Positions 28,442 through 41,252 are shown, counted from the stretch's first letter. The stretch: 64,000 nucleotides of DNA from Azolla caroliniana (GCA_043228905.1 JBHGNT010000012.1:868001-932000), one strand, 5' to 3'. Notes: generated by a model not told the origin, from the letters alone. Made by a program: numbers and translations.

Positions 28442-28952
28442 TGTTACGGGCATGACCATATAATATCCCGTGGTGAGAATGTATCGTAGTATTCTATACA
28501 CCTGGATAAAAGTGTGAGGGTTAAACGAGAGTGTAAAGAAGGGGAGGATTACTTTTAATCCACGGGATTGAGACAACTAACAATCGGAAATTGTTTGGTT
28601 CGGTTTGAGAGGGTCCAACCCTAACATGAACCGAACCGATGAAACCGTTAAACCGCGGTTTAGCTGTTCAGTTCGGTTCGGTTCAAACCAAACCGTTGCC
28701 GATTGTTAGAGACAACCCATTAGGCCAAGTGTGAACTTGTATGGGGGCCTTGGGTCTAGCTATAAATATGAGGCCTAGACCCAAGGCCCCTAGGCAAGTT
28801 CACACTTGGCCTAATGGGTTGTCTCAATCCCGTGGATTAAAAGTAATCCTCTCCTTCTTTACACTCTTGTTTAACCCTCACACTTTATCCACGTGTATAG
28901 AATACTACGGTACATTCTCACCACGGGATATTATATGGTCATGCTCGTAACA
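28442..28952. mobile_element. Palindromic (foldback) MITE inserted in copia gag
   Basis: TGTTACGGGCATGACC.../...GGTCATGCTCGTAACA. Once the nested insert is removed, the arms pair over about 180 bp around a loop of about 15 nt. TSD is unclear. Confidence 0.9.
28578..28708. mobile_element. hAT-type MITE (131 bp) with 8-bp TSD GAGACAAC
   Basis: TIRs TAACAATCGG(A/C)AA..TTGCCGATTGTTA; GAGACAAC at 28570-28577 and 28709-28716. Confidence 0.9.
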
Positions 28953-30766
28953 TACACAACCAAGAACAACCCCAAGAACACAACTTCTACTATCGGCAAG
29001 ATGTTTCAAACACGCGAGGTGGAACGTTTGGTAGAAGGGGGAGCAATCATGCCGGACCAAGCTGACAAAAAAAATCCGTCCAATGCGGATATTGTGGCAA
29101 ATTCGGCCACTACAAGACAGAGTGTTGCAAAAAGAAGAGCGAGTCGGCCTTCACGAGCCAACAACTCACCAACTACGCCTACAACTCCAACTATGACGAT
29201 CGTGGCCAAATGTTTGTAATGAGGCACATAGCGAACTCAATGTCGACCTCCAACTGACCAACACCTCCCAGTTACTCAAAAGATGTATGGTTTGTCGATT
29301 CGTGTGCATCCAATCACATGACGTCTCATAAAGTTTGGTTCGGATAGCTATGAAAGCCCGAACAACCCGACTATGTGGAAATTGGGGATGACACAATTCA
29401 CCCCAATTCAGCATGTCGGTAATGTCCCATTCGGCGAAGAGGGAAACCAAACCTACATCAAGAACGTCTTGCATGTTCCGACAATAACGAAGAATCTGGT
29501 CTCTGTTGGTCAAATTGTGGAACATGGCATGCAAGTTCGGTTCAATGACGGAGGATGCTTCATAGAAAAGGAAAGCCGAATTATTGCTCGTAGTCGAAGA
29601 GAAGGTCAGATGTTCATCCTCGATTCTCATGAGATGAAATTTGCAATGTTTGCCAAAGGCCATAACGCCAACATCGACAAAGAGTTGTGGCATAAAAGAA
29701 TCAGCCACATCAATCTTCAGAAGCTCAAATGAGTGTAGTCAAAAGGAGTCATCATCAGACTCCCGACCTTTATTGAGAAGGAGATTGCATGTGTATACGA
29801 ATCCTACCAATTCGGTAAACAACACTGACAACCGTTCGCAAAAGAGAGGAACGTGAGCAAAGGGATCCTGGATGTAATACATTCAGATGTATGGGGACCA
29901 GCCCAAACGGCAACATTCGGTGGTTGTCGATATTATGTGACATTCATTGACGACTTCTCCAGGCACACCTGGATATTCCCTATGTGGTGGAAGAGTGAAG
30001 TGTTCTCACATTTCCAGAAATTCAAAAACGAAGTCGAAAAGGCAACGAGACGTCATGTACAATGCCTTCGATCGGACGGCGGCAAAGAGTACTTCTTCAA
30101 CGCCTTCACGACATACCTTCGACAAGAAGGAATCCGACAGGAGTTTACTTGCCGACACACACCTCAGCAGAACGGAGTAGCCTAACGAAAGAACCGACAT
30201 ATACTCGAGGCGGCAAGGGCAACGATAAATGAGAAACATCTGCCAAAAAGTTCTATGGAAAGAAGCTAGACCTATCCCACGTAAGGATATTTGACTCTAT
30301 CACATTCGTACATATTCTCGATGAAAGCGGCAAAAACTCAATGCAAAATTGGAGAAGTGCATCCTCGTGTGGTACTCACTTAAACAAAAAGGGTATAAGT
30401 CTTTCAACCCCTCTACCAAGAAGGTTCGAGTGACTAGGGATGTTGTATTCGACGAATTGGCATCTTTGTACACATTTTATTCAACTCCATTTGACCCAAT
30501 CGAAACCTATTTCGAAAAAAATTCAGAGGAGGAAGATCGACTAAGGCTCATAACAAAGGAAAGTCCAATCTCAACCAAATTGAGTGGACCACATGAGCCA
30601 CGGAGTGACCATAGCACCTCACAGCCAAGTCCAAAATCAGACAAAGGAAAGGCTAAAATGCCTAAGTACAAAGACTCAAATGGAAACAAATCGGCTCACT
30701 CACTCGACAGTGAGTATGGTGGATTGGAAGTTCCTATCTTGAAGACACAAGGAGCCAAGAAAGCGT

Positions 30767-31301
30767 TGTCACGGTTTTCCGCATGGATGCGTTGAAATGG
30801 GGTGGGACTACCGGGGTCTCCGACCAAGAAGCCAATAAGGGAGAAAGGCGGCTCGTAATAGTGTCCGAATAGCTTCATCGGATCGACTTCCGAGCGCGTG
30901 CCCAATCTTGAATGATTCCCCGATACCAGTTGATTAGCGCATGGGCCAAAAGAAGCGTAACGTCCCGGTCAAAATGCCAAACAACAACGATGAGCTCACA
31001 AGCTCACAGGCTCGGACGCACACACAACAGGAATAGATCGGGATTAAGAACACGAACTTGGGGTGCAACAAATTGCAGCAAGTAGGAACCACGCAGGAGT
31101 ACACAAACGGAAGAAGAGACACTACAACACTAATGATTAACAGAGAACGAAAGAATACAACCGGCGGACTTGGCTGACAAGTGGTGCGTCGAGCTACGGC
31201 CAACACAAACACACCCAGAACGATGAACCTCTGGTCGGGCACTCACGGGCTTCTTGTGCGAGTAGAGGCTTCACCTTCTTCCCTGGATCAACATGGAACA
31301 C

Positions 31302-31352
<51 letters not shown>

Positions 31353-32785
31353 GTGCACCCAAACCGATCAACATTTCTTCCTCCCAATCCTCGATTCCTA
31401 AAATAGGCTCAAGCCTCCCCTTTTATAGCACCAGGAAAGACCGTTACGTCGTGATCAGTGTCAGAGATTCCCCCCGATTTCTTCACATCAAATCCCCGTA
31501 TCCTCTCTATCCATGCGAGTCTTTAAAGTACCCCGTAAATCCTACTCCCTAGTACTCACTAGTCCTATGCAATTTACATTTGTTTTTACATAACACTTTT
31601 TATTTGTGTGCATCCGTGCACACACACATTCACGTGCAACCGACTCCATTTCTTCCTATGGCCTGAATCCTTCACGACATCCACCCCCACCAAACCGCAC
31701 ATCCTTGGACATGTGCCAAGTAGTGAAACGGTGGAGATTTCGGCTCAGCTTCACTTGCCTTCTCCTAAATCGTCACCATTCACGTCTCCTTTCGGCTCCT
31801 CGCTTTTGCTCCCGCCTTCTTCTAGTTCCGGCTCACACCGCTTCTTGAAGGCCTTTATCCGCTTCCCTGCAACAGGCACCACGATCCTCATCCTGTCAAT
31901 CTCGGCAAGATGGTATGTCACATTATCGTTGGCGCTTGTCACCACGTACGACCCGAACCACCTCCTCGCAAACTTTTGAGTTGACCGGTGTTGGTTATCT
32001 AGGTTGTTGTCATAGACCAACACCTAATCGCCCTCCTCGATCTTCTCTGGTTGGAGTCGGTGTGTCTGGTCGAACCGACCCTTGTTCTTCTTCCGCGTTT
32101 CTTCTATCCTCGCCATCGCTCATTCGACGTCCTCCGGTGTTCGCTCGAGTTGTTGTTGGATCCACGCTGCCAACAACTCTTCCCCTCTCATCTCCTCCGA
32201 CCAGTCGACTGCTAACCATGACGAATTCGTCTGTTCCATCGGCATGATCGACTTTTGTTCAAACATCAGTTCTGTCAGCATGTACCCGGTTACCGAACTT
32301 GCGTAGTTCGGTCGGCCCATAAAGCGTAAGGTAGTAGTCTTGGCCAGTTCCCGACTCGTCCGTCACACACTCCTACTAATGCTTTTACGATCGGCCCGTG
32401 CCTGGCTCGATTTTCCCATTGGCTTCCGGATTATACGCCGTGGTGAGTGAAATCTTGACCCCAAGTCGGTCGAACAACTCCTCGACTTCTAGCGCGTCCA
32501 ACTCCCCTCGGTTGACCACGATCTTACCCACACACCGGTACTGGCAAATCACATATTTGATCAGGAACCGGTATACAGTTGTGGTCGTCTTGTTCGCTAA
32601 GGTTAGACCCTCCACCTGGTTCGTTAGATCTTTCCTTGCAAGCACCAAGCACCACATATGTCCTACCCCCATCAGCATCATCACTAAATCAACCATCCAC
32701 TTGAAGTGACTGGTCGGCAAGTAGGTCGGGTGTAGCTCGTCGCGATGCCAGATACTAGAATGCATCTTACAGCTTTTGCATGGAG
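30767..32785 (-). mobile_element. Ty3/gypsy 3' part (integrase, PPT, about 913-bp LTR) nested in the copia
   Basis: LTR 30767-31679 bounded by TGTC..GACA; PPT GGTGGGGGTGGA. Integrase peptides: FKWMVDLV..KISLTTAYNPEANGKIE and LVYDNNLDNQH..KFARRWFGSYVV. Confidence 0.85.
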
Positions 32786-33019
32786 TTGACTCGAAGCCGA
32801 CCTAAAGACCAATCTGAACCAACTATTCGGCAACCGAAAATTGCGTTTGAAGGGGTGTGGTGAGAATCAAACTCTCAACTTCCCTACTGTAGGAACACAC
32901 CTTGGGAATACCCAAGTCTATGAACATCCCACCTCTTTGTATCATAACTAATGTATCATAGAAGTTAAGTCCTATGACACATATTTAGTAAGTAGTTAAG
33001 AACCCACCTCTTTCCCAAG

Positions 33020-33850
33020 GTGGAATGCAACATCATTGATTTGATCGGAGATAATAAATGGACCAAGTCATTGATAACCCAATTTATCACAAGGCTTGGT
33101 GGTCTTCATAGTACGTCATAATTGTCATACATGATCTTCAACTTGAAACTTTGGTTCCTCTGATGAGGAGTCAAGGTGATGACGACCTGAAACTTTCTTG
33201 TGGGTGGCTTCAACAATATCCAAGTGGTGGGAAAGTGTGACATGAACTTCTTGGAATTAACATAGATGATCCTTCGTATCAAGATTCTTTGATATTTATG
33301 GACGTTCAATCATTGTCCAACATAGATGATATCTTATATTTTCAAAGAATGGAGATATCATGCTGAGGAATGAACTAAATTATTGTATGCAAACTCTGCA
33401 AAATGAATACTTTATTTACCAAATCATCCTATTTGTAATTGATGAAACATCGAAGATATTGTTCTAGTGTCTAAGACCGTCACTTTGTGTATGATATATT
33501 AAAGAGAGTTTACAAGAGATTTTGAGCATCTTAACACATGTTTCTAGAATTTTGAGATGATTTGTGGGCCACGATCACTAATGATGTCATTTGGAAGACC
33601 ATGATGCCGAAATACTTCTCTCATACCGATGTCATCCTATTGGTAATTGATGAAACACCGAAGATATTGTTCTAGTGTCTAAGACCGTCACTTTGTGGAT
33701 GATATATTAAAGAGAGTTTACAAGAGATTTTGAGCATCTCAACATGTGTTTCTAGAATTTTGAGATGATTTGTGGGCTACGATCACTAATGATGTCATTT
33801 GGAAGACCATGGTGTCGAAATACTTCATGACCATGATGTCATCCTTTATT
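33020..33850 (-). mobile_element. Further decayed chromoviral integrase remnants, with an internal duplication of about 200 bp
   Basis: TTGATAACCCAATTT and GATGAAACATCGAAGATATTGTTC resemble 25210-25720; 33424-33630 is repeated at about 33631-33845. Confidence 0.6.
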
Positions 33851-33857
33851 AAAGACT

Positions 33858-34369
33858 TTGTCAAGCTATAATGGTAAAAATCAAGAAAATCTTTGCTAAT
33901 GACAATGATACGAAACAATAACAAACTTGTTGATGTATTGTCTCGTTATGGTCTTTCCATCATCTTGTTATAAAAGGATAATTCAACTCATTCTAGTCAA
34001 ATTAAGAAAATATTTGTCAGTGATTATGATACAAATACCTTTCATGACTTTGGAAATGAAGAAAGTTTGATGGAATTCAACACTTTTTACTCAATAAGTT
34101 ATTCAAATCTATGTTTGTCGGTTGATAGTCAGTAAGTGGTCATGATGGATAGACTGTAATGAGGCAACATGCCAACAAGCTCATTATTTGTTTTGTATCA
34201 TAATCACTGACAAATATTTTCTTAATTTGACTAGAATGAGTTGAATTATCCTTTTGTAACAAGATAATGGAAAGACCATAACAAAACAATACATCAACAA
34301 GTTTGTTATTGTTTCATATCATTGTCATTGACAAAGTTTTTCTTGATTTTTACCATTATAGCTTGACAA
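33858..34369. repeat. Long inverted repeat (arms about 178 bp, spacer about 156 bp)
   Basis: 33858-34035 is the near-perfect reverse complement of 34192-34369. Confidence 0.92.
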
Positions 34370-34751
34370 GTTGAATTACCCCTTTACAACAAGATGATGG
34401 ATAGACCATAATGCAACAACATATCAACAAGTTTTATCTCCTATCATCGTCATTGATAAAAAAAATAATCTTATTGTGACTAGAACAATAGATTCAGAGA
34501 ATGTGTGCTTTTGCGAGGGAATGATTGATCCAATAGATTGACCAAGGCATTACTTTTTATAAACAAAAAAGGTCAAATGAAGAAGGAATAAATGAATTGA
34601 TTGCGGCTTCTAAGCATTAAATTTGGGTTATCAACTTAATATGTTACCAAAGGGATGATTACACATGGTCCATGACAACTTCATTGCTTATCCACAAGGG
34701 ATTTTGCTATTGTAGACACAACACTTTACATTGAGAAAAATCAGAGAAACA

Positions 34752-35323
34752 TGTTAGGAATCGACTAGCCACAACTGGTTACACGTTCGTATTCGTGTAC
34801 AGAAACCAAGAACTAGTACATAGACAGAAAAACATGAAGACACAGAGACATTGATATTTTACGTGAAAAAACCCGAAATGGGAAAAAACCATGGGGGTCC
34901 ACAAACCTCGAGAAAAATAGATTACTATAGTAGAGAGGAAGTACAAATACGAAACTCGGAGGCAACGACCTCGAGTTCTCCTTCGTTTGACAGACGGCTA
35001 CAAAATTACACTCTCACTCACGGTTATAGAGGCAAACTACCTCGTTCTACCTTTACAATAATGATCAACTACAATTTACTAAAGTTTGCCCTAGTTGCTT
35101 ATAAACAAAAGCAACTTTCTGGCTATTTACAAGTATAGCCCCCAAGAGGCATTTTAGACTATTTACAATTATAATCTTCCGAACTGATTTCGGTTTCGGT
35201 TTCGATTTCGATTTCGGCCTTGGCCGAATTACCCTTGTGTCCTCGATTTCGGTTTCGGCCTTGACCGAGTTACTCACCAAATCGATTATTCTCTTCCCAT
35301 CCGGAGGGACATGTTTCCCAACA
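34752..35323. mobile_element. Solo LTR (copia-like) with 5-bp TSD AAACA
   Basis: Ends TGTTAGGAA..TTCCCAACA; AAACA at 34747-34751 and 35324-35328; internal TTACGTGAAAAAACCC..GGGAAAAAACCATGGG. Confidence 0.88.
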
Positions 35324-35602
35324 AAACATTCAACCCGAATGTGTCATGGTAGAAAGATGCAATGATGTCAAGGAGGTAACAATCAAAGAGGAATTTGTAG
35401 GAGTATAGGAATAACGTAGATCACAAATTTTCTATAAGGTTAGTGTATTGATTCCATTCAATCAAACAAATGTACAATGATGCAACAAACATTTGCGAAA
35501 TGTGTCTTTCGTAGGAGATATAATGTCTCTTAGGTGAGGCACCGTCAATGTCTTTTAATATTTACAATTTATTTGTTTGTTTTATTATTTCATTATTTAT
35601 TT

Positions 35603-35920
35603 TAACACTCTCCCCTAAGGAAATAATCAAAACACCATATCATTTTCGCCAACTTTAGAAAATTATGGTAGGCCTATATTCTTGCAACACAATAAGTTTT
35701 TTCTTTTCTTTTTAGACTTGAAATTGGATTCATAAGAAAATCGGTCCACACCGAGGTTGATGGCGTGAACTTTAACTCTATTTTTTTGTCTTCGATTAGC
35801 ACGTCGCTATAAAACACACGATGCTTGAAGGAGACAATGTGTCGAATGGTGTCGTGGTCACTCATCGTTGGATTTCGTGTGAGCTTCACAGATGATTGAT
35901 TCTCACGATGTAAGTCCGAC
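35603..35920 (-). mobile_element. Ty1/copia RNase H remnant plus PPT
   Basis: LHRENQSSVKLTRNP..KKIELKFTPSTSVWTDFLMNP (cf. LxCDNQSAIKLAKNP..ADFLTKP); PPT AGGGGAGAG precedes TGTTA. Confidence 0.7.
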
Positions 35921-36014
35921 ATTAGTACTTCAAACAATTTGGATTTGTCGAAGTACTACCTCTTTAATCCAAGTTCCTTCCCTTGTGGACACACTCACTA
36001 CTGGCCGTCGTCGA

Positions 36015-36140
36015 TAGGAGTCGGAGATGGCTTGGCTCAAGCCTGACCTGAGCCGTTAAACTGCTTTTAAACGGTTTGGTGGTTCGACTCGGCTTGGTTC
36101 AGGTGTGAGCTCTCCCTAACCGGTTTGAGTTCGGCTCGCA
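36015..36140. mobile_element. Partial hAT-type MITE just upstream of the p101-like gene
   Basis: TAGGAGTCGGAGATGGCTTGGCTCAAGCCTGACCTGAGCCGTTAAACTG matches the reverse complement of the 60725 end (TAGGAATCGGCAATGGCTCGGCTCAAGCCTAAACCGAACCGTTAAACTG). Confidence 0.7.
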
Positions 36141-36830
36141 CGGCTTCAGTAGTTGGTTAGAAGTTAGAAGTCGAGAGAGAGAGAGAGAGAGAGAGCCTGC
36201 GCGCCTGTTCAGCGACCAGCACCTCCTTCTGTCGACTCTCGAGCTGCAGCCTGCACGCCTTCTGTCGACGAGCACCGTCTTTTACTTCTGAATCCTGAGC
36301 CCGGGCACTAAGCATCGAACACTTTTGCCATTCACGGTAAGTACTCCTGACTCACCAGGTCACTTTCACGAAGATCAAGCTTTCTTTTATCTTGATTTAA
36401 TGGTGGAGTTTGAATGGCATCTTACTGGCCCCTTTTAACCATGGATCAATCACTTATTTCTCCTAGTTATATATTGCGTGGGCAATATTGATGATGATGA
36501 TTCAACCCCCTTTCTCTCTCTTTTTTAATCACAAGAATCTGTCTTCTTTGTCTTTGAATCCATCACCTCTCTTTACTTGGTGTTTTCAGTATACATACAT
36601 TTGACTATGCAAGATTGATTTCTTTAGAGCTAATTGCGAGATACATTTCCTTGGTATCTATCATTGGAAGCAAATTCCTAATAAATGTAACAGGTAATGC
36701 ATGCCTAGGAATGATGTTCGCCTGCAATTTTGATTGAGTCAGATGATTAATTATCGAACACCACACCCTCAAATCCTGGAGGGAGTTTTTGTAGCATTCT
36801 TCAGGAAGAACATCATCAACAGCAATATTC

Positions 36831-39800
36831 ATGGCCCCTACTGGTGCTGCTACTACTAGCAAGGTGCATACTTCGTTTGTTTTGTTTCTCGCAAACTCGG
36901 GAATAAATATCTGTTCTTTTTAACGGTTGATTATGCATTTTTTCTATCTTTCCAATGGTTGTGGCTACTTATTCAGGCATTTGCATTCCTGTGGACCCAT
37001 GGGAAGGCAGAGAAACATGGCAAGGATTTGCACAACGAGATCAATTTCATCATTAAAGGGACTTACAATGATGATATCACTGGAACTAGAAGTATGTTAA
37101 GCTCATGCTTCAACCTCCACATCTGAATTCAATAAAATTTATATAATAAATATGTTAAGGTCGTGGCTCTACAAAATATGAATGGGGTTCTAGTTTAAAT
37201 TTGATTTTGAAGACTGTATTGCTTTTGTTCTTGTGTGTATGCACGTCATTCTTCTTTTCATGATCCTCTTAGAGGTATTGAATGTAGAGAGATGGTTTTG
37301 TGATTCTCATTTTTTGAGACATGTGTTTAAACTATGATGGGTATAGAAAAATTACCCAGACGATACATTTTAATTTTTCTACTTTTTTGTTGAACACTGT
37401 TATATTACAGTTGTTGCATGTGTGAGGATGTGATTTGTTTTTCTTTTTCATCTATATTTTCTTTCACCTTTTCCTCTGTAAGAAAGTTTTCTGTTCTCTC
37501 TTGTGTATTAAAGCACTTGGGTTTGGATAAGTAAGGAATATTTTCTGGGTCCAAGATATTTCTCACAAAGTGGGTGTAAATTTTCAATCAATTTTTACAC
37601 TGCATAGAGTTTTTCGGGTAGTATCGTAAGATCGCCAAAATAATAGATGTAGACTCACATAAACTGTAGCCCGCCTTATCAGTATGGTCTCATAACCTTT
37701 TGATCTTGTATATCTTTATTCCAACAGTGAACTCTCTGAAATTCTTTTTTTTTAACTTCGAATTGATGGGCTGCTTTCTTCAGGACGAGAAATAGTAAAT
37801 TCAGTAATTGGTTGCTGTAAGAATTTTGTTTAGTTTATTATGCTGAGGATATAATTGATGTAACAATTTATTTCTAATCAGAATTCAGAAGTAGGTCCAC
37901 AAAAACATTGGGCTTTGTCAAATCACAGAAGGCAACAGTCAACTTCCAGCCCCCACCTCCTGTTATGCCGGCAAAAAAATTCCACATATTTTGGATTAAG
38001 ATGAATCAGGTTGAAGCTGTAACATCATTTCTTGAGGCATTGCTAAAGAGGCTTAACGAGCTTGATCGAGATGATGCGGAAGGTGATAAACTTTCAAGAT
38101 CTAGATGCTCATGGACTTTTGGGCTCATATACCGTTCCAATGACAGAGTTACAATATGCTTACCTGGGTCTCCTGCAGTAGAGCGTGCATTTCGCCTTCC
38201 TCCAACTGAAAAAGATTTATTTAGTATCCTTTACTTGAATTTTCCTTTTTTGTAAATACAAGAATCTTTGTGATTGTGTGACAATGGAACTTATATACAA
38301 TATTAGAAACCCTTGCATTTTGACTTACCCTTTTGAAATTCTGCTTAGATCGTTAATGCGTCTATGTACAGTGACTTATGTTGTGCTGTTTACCTGAATC
38401 ATAGGGGCTGATACGTTGGTGTAGCAATTATGCTTCTTCATTGAAACATCTGGGAAAACATCTAGGAAGTCTTTAGGAAGAATCAGTACCAAGTTTGACA
38501 AAGTATATGGTCAACATGGCTGCACAACTCAAATGTAGCCGGGTATCCCTTATAGATATATACTTTTGCATGGGCATGAATTAAGTAGACTGTTGCACAC
38601 AAATGAGTTCTGTTGCATGGTTGTAACTAACATGAACATGCTGCTGTTCTCACCATTCATTCAGCTCCTCTCTCTTTTCTGCCCTGAGACTTCTATATAT
38701 CTTGCTTTGAGTGAGCCTCCCCTGGATTGTGATGTGAATGCTTATCCCTGGTGGGCATCTTTCTATGTGGATTACATGGATGGTTGTGGGATTGCATGCA
38801 TGCACTAAGTATCGTATCCTTGGCCACCAGGGATGCATGCATCATTTTATTCTCCTTTTATTTCTCTCTTCTTTTCTTACTCTTCTATCATTTTATCTTG
38901 TCCTTGGCCACAACCCTAACACATTTTGGAAAGGATTCTTCTATGTTTTGACTTGGATGAAGATTGTTCACTTCGTCTTTTCAGAAATTTATTTCAACTC
39001 TTGAGTTTAAATTTTTCATTTTAAAGCTAATTGAGGAAACTCTTTCTGCCTAACTTCTCTGATATATTGTGTTCCCTATTACAACATGGATATTAAAACG
39101 ACCATGAAAGGTTCCATATTGAACACAATCTTACTGCTTTCCCTTTACCATGACCTAAATCTGGAAAAACCAAGTGTTAAACATCTTCTTCAAATGATGA
39201 CAGAGAGCACTCATGGCAAACAACATCGTACCTGGCAACAAACGGTGAGACCCAAACCTTTATTCAAAAAGTGAATTTACCTCAGAAATGTTTTATGGAA
39301 TGCAATATTTTATAACGTTATGTTATGAGCATATATTTCTCTATGCACACTTTGAAAATAATTGAAGAACAGTATGGAATTAAAAAACATAGTAAGGAAT
39401 GAAAAGATCGAGAAGATTATATATGTCTGTCTCTCAGGCTACCTATTCCCTATTACATTGGACTGCAGGACTTTTGTAATTCAACACAGATAATCCCTTT
39501 CAGACTGTTTGTCTTGTATTATGTGGATGAGAGATTCCCTGGTTATGTTGAAATAGAGTAGGCTTTAAGGGTATATTGTCGTTTGTATTCGAAGATTATC
39601 GATGACACAACAGAAATACATATTCGATTGCCTGCACCAGTGAAGCACATGCTACAATGCAAATAACTAGAGATTACATTGGATTGTATCATGTAATGCC
39701 ATAGTTTATAATGTCTATATGCTATAATTGATCAAAAGAATCCTTCAGCGTAGTCTGTATGGAATAATCTCAGTACTTTCATTGTCTTGCTGGCAATGTC

Positions 39801-41252
39801 TGGTAATTTATTAACATCCTTATGCCCCTTCAACACACTTTCATACATAACATTCTGTTTTAGCTACATATTCAATATATAAACTTTTCTTCAACTTAAT
39901 TAATGCTTTATAGTTGTTCTGCAATGGTGCATTATTCATTTGCCGTCATTTTTCTCATTACTGTTTCAATTATTGATGTATATTTGGCTTGTTTGGATGA
40001 AAGCAATTGATGATAATGACCTAGATGAGGAGTAGATGGGTAAAGGAATCCTCTCAATTCCTTTTCAACATCCCTTTATCAACCTCTTATCTAATAAATA
40101 TGCAGAGCGATTTATCATAATAGAAACTGGAATTTCTTGTCTTCAAAATGGGTAGTTTGATGTATTTATATTCACTCAGTTGTACATTTATAGGACAGCA
40201 GGCTGAACGGATATAGTTCTACGGTGAGAAGGTAAATGCATCTGTCAAGGGGCATTATTGGGGTCATACCATTTCTGGGGGGTCAAATAGTGTGGAGAAC
40301 TAAATGAACCTTCTGGTATGTTATGTTTATTTTTGAACATATGCTTAAGTATTGGATGGCAGATTTTTGCTACAATATTCAAACATAAAAATATTAAAAA
40401 TTGTCAATGTATCCTAGGTTACCTAGATTTGTCTAGAATTTGAGAACTGTTCTCAGCATATCATCCTTTTCGTTTGTGATAGCTTTCATCTCGTTTTTCC
40501 TTTTCTGGTGGGATTTTGACTAGCTGATGAGATATGGATATACCTAAAGCCATTGCTAAACTTCCACATATCTCATATATGCCTAAATCAGATGTCACCT
40601 GTATAATTGTATGTTATTGTCTCCATTTTATCACCCATTCCTTCCAAGCTATAAATGTTAAAACTAGTAGACTCAAGTGTATGTGCATAGAAATTTCTTA
40701 TTTTCATACCATTTTGTTTTATTCTTTATGAACTTGAAAATCCCATGAATATTTATCACTATATCACAGGTTCTACATATCTTAAAACTCAACAAGAAAG
40801 AGAAACGAAGATCCTTAGCAACCATGGTTGGACATTGCGCAGCATGCATCGCTAGCCATATATCAGCTTTAAATAACTGCATAATTGGTAATGACATTGT
40901 CCACATTTCCTATTGGATAATAATGACTCTTGGTTTTATTTTCCTAAATCAAACTTCTTTTTTTCTTTTTATGGTTAATGAAATTTGTTTATCTTTTATG
41001 TGAAATGTATTCCTGTCTAATTCATCTTTCTTTATGTTACCTAGAGAGAGCTTTTATGCCGTGTAATTCAGCTCTATGGCTTAGTTAAGAAAGAGTATTG
41101 TAATGCTGATATTGTAAAATTAGTCCAATGTTGTATTGGGATCTGAAGGTTCTCCCCATTAGCAACAGAAGTTATGGATTTCTTCACTATGTATCAACAA
41201 GAGACTCAACAACAATATATAACTTAAGAGACGTCAACGGAGGGGCACCTAG
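36831..41252 (+). pseudogene. Putative 5' exons of the p101/PACS-like gene, several disrupted by in-frame stops
   Basis: Candidate GT-AG exons: 36831-36863, 36977-37091, 37882-38082 (all open), then 38147-38223, 38405-38542, 39438-39802, 40194-40315 and 41045-41252 (with stops). Phases are compatible except at 38542/39438. A probable UTR exon has its donor at 36337. Confidence 0.5.

Larger units (their letters stand above)
27223..33019 (+). mobile_element. Ty1/copia LTR retrotransposon inserted in the Ty3 RT; RT/RNase H deleted, 3' LTR truncated
   Basis: 5' LTR 27223-27639 (TG..CA), PBS TAGTATCAGAG (tRNA-iMet type), gag (LDRNNFTYWEYNMHQYL), zinc knuckle CGYCGKFGHYKTEC, protease WFVDSCASNHMT, integrase IHSDVWGP..FIDDFSR..LRSDGGKEY..TPQQNGVA, PPT GAAGGGG and a partial 3' LTR at 32858-33019. 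Confidence 0.93.
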
